Below are positions 8,841 to 17,842 of a stretch of 64,000 bases of DNA, one piece after another (the stretch's first letter is position 1; each line of letters opens with the position of its first letter). The stretch is taken from positions 7,931 to 71,930 of the forward strand of contig JANYGC010000120.1 in NCBI GenBank assembly GCA_025359425.1, written 5' to 3'. Origin of the DNA: Sphingomonadaceae bacterium (GTDB lineage Bacteria; Pseudomonadota; Alphaproteobacteria; Sphingomonadales; Sphingomonadaceae). The position numbers and the translations under genes are program-made. The notes beneath the pieces were generated by a model that saw only the letters and a program-made list of their open reading frames with translations, did no database searches and had not been told where the DNA came from.

Positions 8841-11351
8841 ATGAAAACGACGGCAAGAGCAGTGGTGATCGGCGGGGGCGTGGTTGGCGTCAGCACGCTG
8901 TATCATCTGGCCAAGCTGGGCTGGACCGATTCAATCCTGCTCGAACGCAAAGAGCTGACCTCGGGCTCGACGTGGCACGCCGCCGGCTTGCTGCCATTGT
9001 TCAATCTCAGCTATTCGGTGGGCAAGCTGCACCAGTACTCGGTCGGTCTGTACCCCAGCCTCGAGGCGGAAACCGGACTGAATGTCGGCTTTTCGCGGGT
9101 TTCGAACATCCGTTTGGCCACCAGCCAGGACCGCCTCGACGAATATCATTATTACGCTGGAGTCGCCAAGACGATCGGGGTGGACGTCAATTTCCTGACC
9201 GCCGATCAGGTCAAGGACATCTGGCCGTTGTGCAACACCGCTGGCATCATCGGTGCAATCCAGCATCCCGACGACGGCTATATCCAGCCCGCTGATCTGA
9301 CTCAGGCGCTGGCCAAAGGCGCGCGGCTGCGCGGGGCATCGATTTATCGCAACACCGCGGTAACCGGCATCACCCAGCTGCCCTCGGGCGAATGGCTGGT
9401 TGCGACCGATCAGGGTGAAATCACTTGCGAACATGTGATTTCCTGCTCGGGCAACTTTGCCCGGCAAACCGGGGCGATGGTTGGCCTCGATATCCCGGTG
9501 ATCCCGGTCGAACATCAGTACATCGTCACCGAACAGCATCCCGCGATCATGGAACGCAAACGTCTGGGGCTGCCAGAGATGGGGGTGCTGCGCGAAGCCG
9601 ACGCCAGCTACTACATGCGCGAGGAAGCCGGCGGGCTGCTGCTCGGCCCTTACGAAATCGGCGCGCCGGCCTGCTATGTCGATGGTCCGGCAGCCCAGAG
9701 CGAATACGAACTGTTCCCCGACGCGCTGGAACGGCTTGAGCCCTACGTTCTGGCAGCGATGCAACGCGTGCCTGCGTTTGGCGAGGTTGGCATCAAGCAG
9801 GTCTATAACGGGGCCATCGCCTATACGCCCGACGGGTCGCCGATCGTCGGCCCGGCGTGGGGGCTGAGCAATTTCTGGCTCAATGAAGGCCACAGCTTCG
9901 GGGTCACCGCGGCCGGCGGAGCGGGGTGGCAGCTGGCGCACTGGATTGTCGATGGTGAACCGACCATCGACATGATGGGGGTCGATCCGCGCCGCTTCGG
10001 CGATTACGCCGGGCGCGGCTACCTGATTGCGAAGAACGAGGAAGCCTACGCCAAGGTCTTCACCGTGCACTACCCCGATGAGGAACGCGAGGCGGCGCGG
10101 GCGCTGCGGCGCACGCCGTGTTACGACCGGATGAAGGAGCTCGGCGCGGTGTTCGGTTCGGTGTTCGGGTGGGAACGCCCCAACTGGTTTGCGCCGCCGG
10201 GCTATGCCCTGGCCGAGGCCGACCTCGCCCGCGCCGACGTGCTGCTCAACCATAACCATCCAGTGGCCGGCGATGGCGCGCCAATCCGCGAGAAGTGGTC
10301 GTTCCGCCGCTCCAACTATTTCGAATATGTCGGCAATGAATGCCGGCACGTCCACGAAAAGGTTGGCCTCCAGGACATGAGCGCCTTCGCCAAGTGCGAA
10401 ATCTCCGGTCCCGGGGCCGAGGCCTGGCTGGGTGGCCTGCTGACCAATGCGGTGCCCAAGAAGCTCGGCCGGGTTTCGCTGTCTTACCTGCTCACCGCAA
10501 AAGGCGGCGTGCGCGCCGAATTCACTGTCTACAAGATCGCTCCGCAGCGCTATTATCTGGTGTCGGCGGGCGCTTATGAACGGCACGATCATGACTATTT
10601 GCGCAAGGCCCTGCCGCGCGACGGGTCGGTGACGATGGAACGGCTGACCACCGCGATGGGCGTGCTGGTGCTCGCCGGACCGCGCAGCCGCGAGGTGCTG
10701 GCCAAGCTGACTGACGCTGACCTTTCGAACGAAGCGTTCCCCTGGCTGACCGGGCAAAGGATCAGCATTGGCGCGGCGCAAGTCGACGCGCTCAGGGTCA
10801 ATTTCATCGGCGAGCTCGGCTGGGAAATCCACCACCCGATCGAGCTGCAGAATTACATCTTCGATCATCTGATGGCAGCGGGCGCAGACTTCGAAATCAA
10901 GCCATTCGGGATCCGGGCGATGACTGCGATGGCGCTGGAAAAGAGTTACAAGCTGATCCCGCGCGAACTGTCGATCGAGTATTCGGCGCATGAAAGCGGG
11001 CTTGATCGCTTCATCAGCCTCAAGAAGCCGGGCTTCTTCGGCAAGGAGGCGCTACTCGCCTGGCGCGAGCGGGGGCTGGCGAACCGGCTGGTTACGCTGG
11101 AAGTGCACGGGGTCACCGATGCTGACGCGCGCGGATCCGAGGCGATTTATCGCGGCGATGCGCTGGTTGGGCGGGTGACCTCGGGCGGCTATGGTTGGCG
11201 CTGCGGCAAAAGCCTGGCGCTGGCGATGATCTCGCCGGTCCTGGGCGAACCGGGCACCCAGCTCGAAGTGGTCATTCTGGGCCAGCGCCGCGCGGCGACG
11301 GTCATTGCCGATTCGCCGTTCGACCCAGACAACCTTGCGCTGCGGAGCTAG
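8841..11351 (+). CDS. DMGDH/SARDH-family flavoprotein, paralog 3 (FAD DAO domain + GcvT domain)
   Basis: 836 aa. Motifs AVVIGGGVVGVSTLYHLA, SGSTWHAAGL and FIGELGWEIH. First gene of an 11-gene coupled operon. Confidence 0.85.
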   Translation: MKTTARAVVIGGGVVGVSTLYHLAKLGWTDSILLERKELTSGSTWHAAGLLPLFNLSYSVGKLHQYSVGLYPSLEAETGLNVGFSRVSNIRLATSQDRLDEYHYYAGVAKTIGVDVNFLTADQVKDIWPLCNTAGIIGAIQHPDDGYIQPADLTQALAKGARLRGASIYRNTAVTGITQLPSGEWLVATDQGEITCEHVISCSGNFARQTGAMVGLDIPVIPVEHQYIVTEQHPAIMERKRLGLPEMGVLREADASYYMREEAGGLLLGPYEIGAPACYVDGPAAQSEYELFPDALERLEPYVLAAMQRVPAFGEVGIKQVYNGAIAYTPDGSPIVGPAWGLSNFWLNEGHSFGVTAAGGAGWQLAHWIVDGEPTIDMMGVDPRRFGDYAGRGYLIAKNEEAYAKVFTVHYPDEEREAARALRRTPCYDRMKELGAVFGSVFGWERPNWFAPPGYALAEADLARADVLLNHNHPVAGDGAPIREKWSFRRSNYFEYVGNECRHVHEKVGLQDMSAFAKCEISGPGAEAWLGGLLTNAVPKKLGRVSLSYLLTAKGGVRAEFTVYKIAPQRYYLVSAGAYERHDHDYLRKALPRDGSVTMERLTTAMGVLVLAGPRSREVLAKLTDADLSNEAFPWLTGQRISIGAAQVDALRVNFIGELGWEIHHPIELQNYIFDHLMAAGADFEIKPFGIRAMTAMALEKSYKLIPRELSIEYSAHESGLDRFISLKKPGFFGKEALLAWRERGLANRLVTLEVHGVTDADARGSEAIYRGDALVGRVTSGGYGWRCGKSLALAMISPVLGEPGTQLEVVILGQRRAATVIADSPFDPDNLALRS

Positions 11352-11355
11352 CCCG

Positions 11356-12606
11356 ATGACGCGCTTTGCCCCCATCGCCCATTGGCTGAGCCAGGATCGC
11401 CCCGGCCATACCTTGCCGCGCGAGCTCTATGTCAGCGAAGCGGCGTTCCAGTTCGACGCCGAGGTGATGCTCAAATCGGTCTGGCTCTATGCCTGCACCG
11501 TCGCCCATGTGAAGCACCCGGGCGACTACTTCGTGTTCGAACTTGCGAACAACTCGATCATCATCGTGCGCGGGCGCGATCAGCAGGTACGGGCATTCTG
11601 GAATTCGTGCCGGCACCGCGGCTCGCGCATCTGCGAGCAGCAGCACGGCCGCGCGGCGCGCCTGATGTGCCCCTATCACCAGTGGACCTACGGCCTCGAC
11701 GGCACCCTGCTGGCCGCCCGCAGCATGGCGCAGGACTTCGTCAAGGCCGACCACGGGCTGGTCCCGGTCGCGGTGGAGAACGTCGCCGGATTGATTTTCA
11801 TCTGCATGGCGGACGATCCCCCGCCGATCGACCGGGTCAAGGCCGATATAGCCGGCCAGATCGCGGTCTATGATCTCGAGAAATGCAAGGTCGCGGTGCA
11901 GGACGACCTGATCGAGCACGCCAACTGGAAGCTCGTGATGGAAAACAATCGCGAGTGCTATCACTGCGATGCCGGACATCCTGAGCTGGTCAGCGTGCTC
12001 GGCACCTATGGCTTTGGCAAGGGCCTGCCCGAAGACGGTGAGCGCGACGTGGTCGATGACAGTGCTTACGATGCCGTGGTCGCGGCCAAGCGGGACGAGT
12101 GGAAAGCCCTGGGGATCGATCGTGGCCTGATCGAATTTCCCGGTGGCTGGTGGCACCGCATCGCCCGGCTGCCGCTGGCGAACGGCGCGGTCACGCAATC
12201 GATCGACGGCAAGCTTGCTTCGAAAAAGTTGATCGGGCCATTTGCGGCGCCGGAAACCTCCAGCCTGTCGGTCTGGACCCAGCCCAACAGCTGGCATCAT
12301 TTCTGCTGCGATCATGTCGTGACGTTCTCGCTCACGCCGTTGTCGGCCGACCGCACGCTGCTGCGCACCAGTTGGCTGGTTCACGAAGACGCGGTCGAAG
12401 GGGTGGACTACGACCGCGATCACATCGCCGCGCTGTGGCGCGCGACCAACAACCAGGACGGCCGCTTTTCGCAGATCAACCACCTTGGGATTGCGACCGA
12501 CGGATACCGCCAGGGCCCCTATGCGGTGGAAGAGAAGCTGGTCGAGGCCTTCAAGGATTTCTATGTCGACCGGGCCAAGGCCGCATTGCAGGGCGTGCAG
12601 GGATGA
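11356..12606 (+). CDS. Rieske/mononuclear-iron oxygenase alpha subunit, paralog 2 (GbcA-like)
   Basis: ATG at 11356 chosen (MTRFAPIAHW...), 4 nt after the upstream stop. The longer ORF start at 11305 would overlap the upstream gene. Motifs CRHRGSRIC...CPYHQWTY and NWKLVMENNRECYHCDAGHPEL. Confidence 0.85.
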   Translation: MTRFAPIAHWLSQDRPGHTLPRELYVSEAAFQFDAEVMLKSVWLYACTVAHVKHPGDYFVFELANNSIIIVRGRDQQVRAFWNSCRHRGSRICEQQHGRAARLMCPYHQWTYGLDGTLLAARSMAQDFVKADHGLVPVAVENVAGLIFICMADDPPPIDRVKADIAGQIAVYDLEKCKVAVQDDLIEHANWKLVMENNRECYHCDAGHPELVSVLGTYGFGKGLPEDGERDVVDDSAYDAVVAAKRDEWKALGIDRGLIEFPGGWWHRIARLPLANGAVTQSIDGKLASKKLIGPFAAPETSSLSVWTQPNSWHHFCCDHVVTFSLTPLSADRTLLRTSWLVHEDAVEGVDYDRDHIAALWRATNNQDGRFSQINHLGIATDGYRQGPYAVEEKLVEAFKDFYVDRAKAALQGVQG

Positions 12607-12947
12607 GCCAAAATCTTGCCCTGCCGTTGGCCGGTTCGAAGAAAATCGACGCCAGCGGCTGGGTCGCGGGCGAGCGCCCCGGTGAACTGGTCCGGCCGCT
12701 GATCGACGATCCGGCCGGCTATCGGACGATGCTGCTGAAGGTGGCAGCGGGTCCGCTGGGCGCGCTGCACGCACATGATACGATCGAGCAAATCTACGTG
12801 CTGGAAGGCGATTTCTTCGACGATGAAGCGAGTTACGCGGCCGGCGATTTCGTGCTGCGAATGCCCGGCACGATGCACCGCGCCGGGAGCCGCGCTGGCT
12901 GCACGATGCTCATCGTTTATGCGCCGCTGGGGAGACCGGCCGGATGA
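12603..12947 (+). CDS. Small ChrR-type (Cupin_7-like) metal-binding cupin
   Basis: 114 aa from the ATG at 12603. ATGA overlaps at both ends (12603-12606 and 12944-12947). Cupin motif 1 GPLGALHAHDTIEQIYVLEG fits G-x5-H-x-H-x3-E-x6-G. Motif 2-like GDFVLRMPGTMHRAG. Confidence 0.7.
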   Translation: MSQNLALPLAGSKKIDASGWVAGERPGELVRPLIDDPAGYRTMLLKVAAGPLGALHAHDTIEQIYVLEGDFFDDEASYAAGDFVLRMPGTMHRAGSRAGCTMLIVYAPLGRPAG

Positions 12948-14197
12948 CCCGGTTCAGTGCGTTCAGCCTGTTCGCCAAGGCGCTCGGCGGGCATCAGGGC
13001 TGGCCCGAGCAATGGCCCGATGCCAGCCCCAAGCCCGCTTATGACGCGATCATCGTCGGTGCGGGCGGGCACGGCTTGGGCGCGGCCTATTACCTGGCGA
13101 AGAAATACGGGATCACCAATGTCGCGGTGATCGAAAAGGGCTGGCTGGGCGGCGGCAATACGGGGCGCAACACCACCATCATCCGCTCGAACTATCTCTA
13201 CGATGAGAGCGCGCACCTCTACGATCACGCGCTGAAGCTGTGGGACGGGCTGAGCCAGGAACTCAACTACAACACGATGTATTCCAAGCGCGGGGTGATG
13301 ATGCTCGCGCACAATGTTCACGACATCCAAAGCTTCAAGCGGCACATTCATGCCAACCGGCTGAACGGCGTCGACAACGAATGGCTCACCGCCGAGCAGG
13401 CCAAGGACTATTGCCCGCCGCTCAACATCTCGCCCGATGCCCGTTACCCAGTGCTCGGCGCGGCGCTGCAACGGCGCGGCGGAACCGCGCGGCATGACAC
13501 GGTTGCTTGGGGCTATGCCCGCGCGGCGGCGGCGCTGGGGGTCGATATCATTCAGAACTGCGCTGTCACCGGCATCCGCCGCGGCGCCGATGGCGCGGTC
13601 CTCGGAGTGGAAACCGAGCGCGGGTTCATTGCCTCGCGCCGGATCGGCGTATCTGCAGCCGGCCACAGCTCGGTCATCATGCAGATGGCCGGGCTCGATT
13701 TTCCGCTCGAAAGCTACCCGCTGCAGGCGCTGGTCTCGGAACCGGTCAAGCCGGTGTTTCCGTGCGTGGTCATGTCCAACACGGTCCATGCTTACATGAG
13801 CCAGTCGGACAAGGGCGAGCTCGTGATCGGGGCCGGTACCGATCAATACGTCAGCTATTCGCAACGCGGCGCGCTCCACATAATCGAGCATACGCTGGCC
13901 GCGATTTGCGAAATTTTCCCGATCTTCCGGCGGATGCGGATGCTGCGGAGCTGGGGCGGGATCGTCGATGTTACCCCTGATCGCTCACCGATCCTCGGCA
14001 AGACGCCGGTACCGGGGCTTTACATCAATTGCGGCTGGGGCACCGGCGGGTTCAAGGCGACACCGGGCGCTGCCGACCTGCTCGCCTACACCATGGCCAA
14101 GGACGAACCGCACCCGATCAACGCGCCGTACAACCTCGACCGGTTCCGCACCGGCCGCTTGATCGACGAGGCCGCCGCGGCAGCGGTGGCGCACTGA
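12944..14197 (+). CDS. soxB: Heterotetrameric sarcosine oxidase beta subunit (set 1)
   Basis: 417 aa. Motifs YDAIIVGAGGHGLGAAYYLAKKYGITNVAVIEKGWLGGGNTGRNTTIIRSNY and RRGGTARHD (FMN-linked His context). Followed by soxD, soxA and soxG. Confidence 0.9.
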   Translation: MTRFSAFSLFAKALGGHQGWPEQWPDASPKPAYDAIIVGAGGHGLGAAYYLAKKYGITNVAVIEKGWLGGGNTGRNTTIIRSNYLYDESAHLYDHALKLWDGLSQELNYNTMYSKRGVMMLAHNVHDIQSFKRHIHANRLNGVDNEWLTAEQAKDYCPPLNISPDARYPVLGAALQRRGGTARHDTVAWGYARAAAALGVDIIQNCAVTGIRRGADGAVLGVETERGFIASRRIGVSAAGHSSVIMQMAGLDFPLESYPLQALVSEPVKPVFPCVVMSNTVHAYMSQSDKGELVIGAGTDQYVSYSQRGALHIIEHTLAAICEIFPIFRRMRMLRSWGGIVDVTPDRSPILGKTPVPGLYINCGWGTGGFKATPGAADLLAYTMAKDEPHPINAPYNLDRFRTGRLIDEAAAAAVAH

Positions 14198-14198
14198 A

Positions 14199-14471
14199 AT
14201 GTTGCTGATCCATTGCCCCTATTGCGACCAGCAGCGCGCCGAGATCGAATTTGCCTATGCCGGTGAGGCGCATATCGCGCGGCCGCTGGATCCTGCGGCG
14301 ATGAGCGACGAAGACTGGGCGCGCTACCTGTTCATCCGCTCCAACCCGCGCGGCCGCCATCATGAGCGCTGGCGGCACATTCACGGCTGCGGACGGTTCT
14401 TCAACGCGGTGCGCGATACCGCCACCGACAAGTTCGAGGCGACCTACCAGGCCGGGAAACCGCGGCGATGA
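14199..14471 (+). CDS. soxD: Sarcosine oxidase delta subunit (set 1)
   Basis: 90 aa. MLLIHCPYCDQ...WRHIHGCGRFF gives a Cys3His zinc pattern. Lies between soxB and soxA. Confidence 0.85.
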   Translation: MLLIHCPYCDQQRAEIEFAYAGEAHIARPLDPAAMSDEDWARYLFIRSNPRGRHHERWRHIHGCGRFFNAVRDTATDKFEATYQAGKPRR

Positions 14472-17329
14472 GCGGGCTCCGGCTCGATCACGGCGGGCGC
14501 ATGGATCGCCGGAGGCCGGTCAGCTTCAGCTTCGACGGAGCGACGTATCAGGGGTTCGCCGGTGATACGCTCGCCTCGGCGCTGCTCGCCAACGGCGTGA
14601 TGCTGTTCGGGCGCTCGTTCAAGTACCACCGCCCGCGCGGGCTGCTCGGCGCGGGCAGCGAAGAACCCAACGCGCTGGTTTCGGTCAGCCGCGGACCGGG
14701 CCGCCACACCCCCAACCTGCGCGCCACCGGGGTGGAAGTTTATGACGGTTTGGTGGCGACCAGCCAGCACCGGTGGCCTTCGCTCAAGACAGATTTGGGC
14801 GCGATCAATGACCGGCTCGGCATGTTCTTCCCGGCGGGCTTTTACAACAAGACCTTCATGTGGCCCCGCTCGTTCTGGGACAAGCTGTACGAGCCGGTGA
14901 TCCGCCGCATGGCCGGACTTGGTGAAGCGCCAAGCGAGGAAGATCCCGATCACTACGCGGCCACCTACGCGCATTGCGACCTGCTGATTGTTGGCGCCGG
15001 CCCCGCCGGGATCGACGCGGCGCTGGAAGCCAGCGGCACCGCCAAACGCGTGATCCTGATCGACGAACAGGACGAGGCCGGTGGCGGCGCGCTGGCCGAT
15101 CCGGCGCTGTGGCCGTGGCTGCAAGAAAGCCTCAAGGACCTGGCCGCCGCGCCGAACATCACGGTGCTGCGCCGGACCACGGCGTTCGGTTATTACCATG
15201 ACAACTTCATTGGCGCGGTCGAACGGCTGACCGATCACCTGGCCCAGATTGGCGATGGCGCGCGCGAAAAACTGTGGCGGATCCGCGCGGGTGAAGTGAT
15301 CCTGGCGCAAGGCGCGATCGAACGCCCGCTGGTGTTTGCCGGGAACGATGTGCCCGGGGTCATGCTGGCTTCGGCCGCACGGACTTACCTTCATCGCTAC
15401 GGTGTCGCCGTGGGCAAATCGGTCGCGCTGGTAGCGGCGCATGACAGCGGCTGGCAAGATGTCTTCGCGCTGGCCCGCGCCGGAGTGATCGTAGCCGCGA
15501 TCATCGAAGTCCGCGATCGTGTCGCTGCCGCGCTACTGGCCGAGGCGGAGGTGCTGGGCATTCCGGTCAAGCTGGGTCACAGCGTGATCGACGTGCACGG
15601 GCGGCTCGCAGTCAAGGGCATAACCATCGCCCGCAACGACCACTCTGGCGCGGCCCGGATCACCTGCGACGCGCTGTTGATGGCCGGCGGCTGGACCCCC
15701 TGCGTGCATTTGTGGTCGCACAGCAAAGGCAGTCTTGCCTGGGATGACGCGCTGGGCGCTTATGTGCCCGATCAGCCCAACGAAAAGGTCCGCTGCGTCG
15801 GCGCCTGTTCGGGCAAATGGAATTTCGGCAGCGGACTGGTGATCGACGCACTGCCCACCCCGCGCGACCAGCACCGGATCAAGGCATTTGTCGACTTTCA
15901 GAACGACGTGACCGCCAAAGACATCACACTGGCGGTGCGCGAAGGCTTCAAGTCGATCGAGCACATCAAGCGCTACACCACCACCGGAATGGCCACCGAT
16001 CAGGGCAAGACCTCGAACCTCAACGGCTTGCAGATCGCGTCGCAGGCACTGGGCCGGCACGTTACCGAAGTGGGCCTCACCACATTCCGCCCGCCCTACA
16101 CCCCGCAGACTTTCGGGGCCTTGGCGGGTCATGCCAAGGACGATCTGTTCCAGCCCACTCGCAAGACCGCCATCGACGGTTGGGCGGAGGAACACGGCGC
16201 AGTGTTTGAGCTGGTCGCGCAGTGGCGGCGGGCGCGCTATTTCCCGCAAGCCGGGGAAGACATGCTCGCCGCGGTCAACCGCGAATGCCGCGCGGTGCGC
16301 TCAGCAGTCGGCATTTTCGATGCCTCGACGCTGGGCAAGATCGAAGTGGTCGGACCCGATGCGGCGGAATTTCTCAACCGGATGTACACCAATCCGTGGA
16401 AGGCGCTCGAGCCGGGCCGGTGCCGCTATGGCCTGCTGCTCAAGGAAGACGGGTTTATCACTGACGACGGCGTCTCGGCCCGGCTCGCACCCGACCGCTT
16501 CCATCTGACGACCACCACCGGTGGCGCGGCACGGGTGTTGAACACAATGGAGGATTACCTCCAGACCGAATGGCCCGATCTTGACGTCTGGCTGACCAGC
16601 ACCACCGAACAATGGGCGGTGATCGCGCTTCAGGGGCCGCTGGCGCGCAAGCTGCTCGAACCGCTGGTTGCGGGCATCGACCTGGCTGGTGATGCTTTCC
16701 CGCACATGGCAATCCGCGAAGGGACGGTTTGCGGTGTTCCGGCCCGCTTGTTCCGGGTCAGCTTTACCGGCGAGCTTGGGTTCGAGATCAATGTACCTGC
16801 CGCCTATGGCCGGGCCTTGTGGGAGCGTCTGATGACTGACGGCGCTGCTTGCGGGATCACGCCCTACGGGACCGAGGCCATGCACGTGCTGCGGGCCGAG
16901 AAGGGGTTCATTATTGTCGGGCAGGATACCGACGGGACTGTAACTCCCAATGACGCGGGGCTTGATTGGGCGGTGGGCAAGAAGAAGCCCGATTTTGTCG
17001 GCCGGCGCAGTCTGTCCCGGCCCGATATTGTCGCACCGGGACGCAAGCAGTTGGTCGGACTGCTGACCGATGATCCCGCAGTGGTGCTGGAAGAAGGCGC
17101 GCAGATCGTCGCTGATCCTGCGCAATCGATCCCGATGAAGATGATCGGCCACGTCACCTCGGCCTACTGGAGCGAGACGCTGGGCCGCTCGATTGCGCTG
17201 GCGCTGGTTGCGGGTGGTCACGCGAGGCTGGGCGAGACGCTGTATCTTCCCATGCCCGGCCAAGTGGTGCGCGCCAAGGTCAGCGGCATGGTGTTTTTCG
17301 ATCCCGCAGGTGCGCGACTGAATGTCTGA
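14468..17329 (+). CDS. soxA: Sarcosine oxidase alpha subunit (set 1)
   Basis: 953 aa. N-terminal FDG..Y.G..GDTLASALLANGV.LFGRSFKYHRPRG, NAD/FAD fold LLIVGAGPAGIDAAL, and a GcvT-like C-terminal half (FTGELGFEI). Confidence 0.9.
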   Translation: MSGLRLDHGGRMDRRRPVSFSFDGATYQGFAGDTLASALLANGVMLFGRSFKYHRPRGLLGAGSEEPNALVSVSRGPGRHTPNLRATGVEVYDGLVATSQHRWPSLKTDLGAINDRLGMFFPAGFYNKTFMWPRSFWDKLYEPVIRRMAGLGEAPSEEDPDHYAATYAHCDLLIVGAGPAGIDAALEASGTAKRVILIDEQDEAGGGALADPALWPWLQESLKDLAAAPNITVLRRTTAFGYYHDNFIGAVERLTDHLAQIGDGAREKLWRIRAGEVILAQGAIERPLVFAGNDVPGVMLASAARTYLHRYGVAVGKSVALVAAHDSGWQDVFALARAGVIVAAIIEVRDRVAAALLAEAEVLGIPVKLGHSVIDVHGRLAVKGITIARNDHSGAARITCDALLMAGGWTPCVHLWSHSKGSLAWDDALGAYVPDQPNEKVRCVGACSGKWNFGSGLVIDALPTPRDQHRIKAFVDFQNDVTAKDITLAVREGFKSIEHIKRYTTTGMATDQGKTSNLNGLQIASQALGRHVTEVGLTTFRPPYTPQTFGALAGHAKDDLFQPTRKTAIDGWAEEHGAVFELVAQWRRARYFPQAGEDMLAAVNRECRAVRSAVGIFDASTLGKIEVVGPDAAEFLNRMYTNPWKALEPGRCRYGLLLKEDGFITDDGVSARLAPDRFHLTTTTGGAARVLNTMEDYLQTEWPDLDVWLTSTTEQWAVIALQGPLARKLLEPLVAGIDLAGDAFPHMAIREGTVCGVPARLFRVSFTGELGFEINVPAAYGRALWERLMTDGAACGITPYGTEAMHVLRAEKGFIIVGQDTDGTVTPNDAGLDWAVGKKKPDFVGRRSLSRPDIVAPGRKQLVGLLTDDPAVVLEEGAQIVADPAQSIPMKMIGHVTSAYWSETLGRSIALALVAGGHARLGETLYLPMPGQVVRAKVSGMVFFDPAGARLNV

Positions 17330-17834
17330 AGCATTGGCCCGCTCCGAGCCGGTTTCGGCCCAGTTTTATAGCGGCGCAGGCGTTAGCTTGAGCTTGGCCG
17401 CGCCAATGGCGCGTTACGCGCTGCGGGCGCGCCAGCCAGAGCCGCTCGAACACCTGCTGGGGTTCGAACTCCCGCGGCAGATTGGCGCGATCAAGGGCGG
17501 TGCCGCGTGCCTTGGCCCCGACGAATGGTTGCTGCGTGGTCCCGTTGCTACGACGGTCGCCACCGGCGCTGGCTTGCCGGTTTCAATTACCCAGGTCAGC
17601 GATCGCTCGGTCTGCCTGCTGGTCGACGGACCGCACGCAGCAGACGTACTTGCCGCGGGCTGTCCGCTCGATCTTGATCGATTTGCAGTCGGCCGCGCGA
17701 CGCGCACTGTTTTTGAGGCGGTGGAAATCCTTCTGTTGCACACGAGCGATGACCGGTTCGAGGTTGAGGTATGGCGCAGCTTTGCCCCCTGGCTCAAAAA
17801 AGCATTGGAAACGGCAGCGAGACAGCTGCGCTGA
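17322..17834 (+). CDS. soxG: Sarcosine oxidase gamma subunit (set 1)
   Basis: 170 aa. 8-nt overlap with soxA. Position and size are typical of SoxG. Confidence 0.75.
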   Translation: MSEALARSEPVSAQFYSGAGVSLSLAAPMARYALRARQPEPLEHLLGFELPRQIGAIKGGAACLGPDEWLLRGPVATTVATGAGLPVSITQVSDRSVCLLVDGPHAADVLAAGCPLDLDRFAVGRATRTVFEAVEILLLHTSDDRFEVEVWRSFAPWLKKALETAARQLR

Positions 17835-17842
17835 GGGGACGT

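Noticed and set aside
12603-12947. Calling the small cupin a DMSP lyase (DddK/Q/W-like).
   Set aside because: The metal-motif spacing (H-x-H-x3-E-x2-Y) differs from the Ddd cupin signature I recall (H-x-H-x4-E-x-Y). The overall pattern fits ChrR-type Cupin_7 better. It is kept only as a testable idea.
17461-17475. A tRNA T-arm-like string, GGTTCGAACTCCCGC.
   Set aside because: It lies inside the soxG (set 1) coding frame. I could not fold a flanking acceptor or anticodon stem. It is most likely a chance match.
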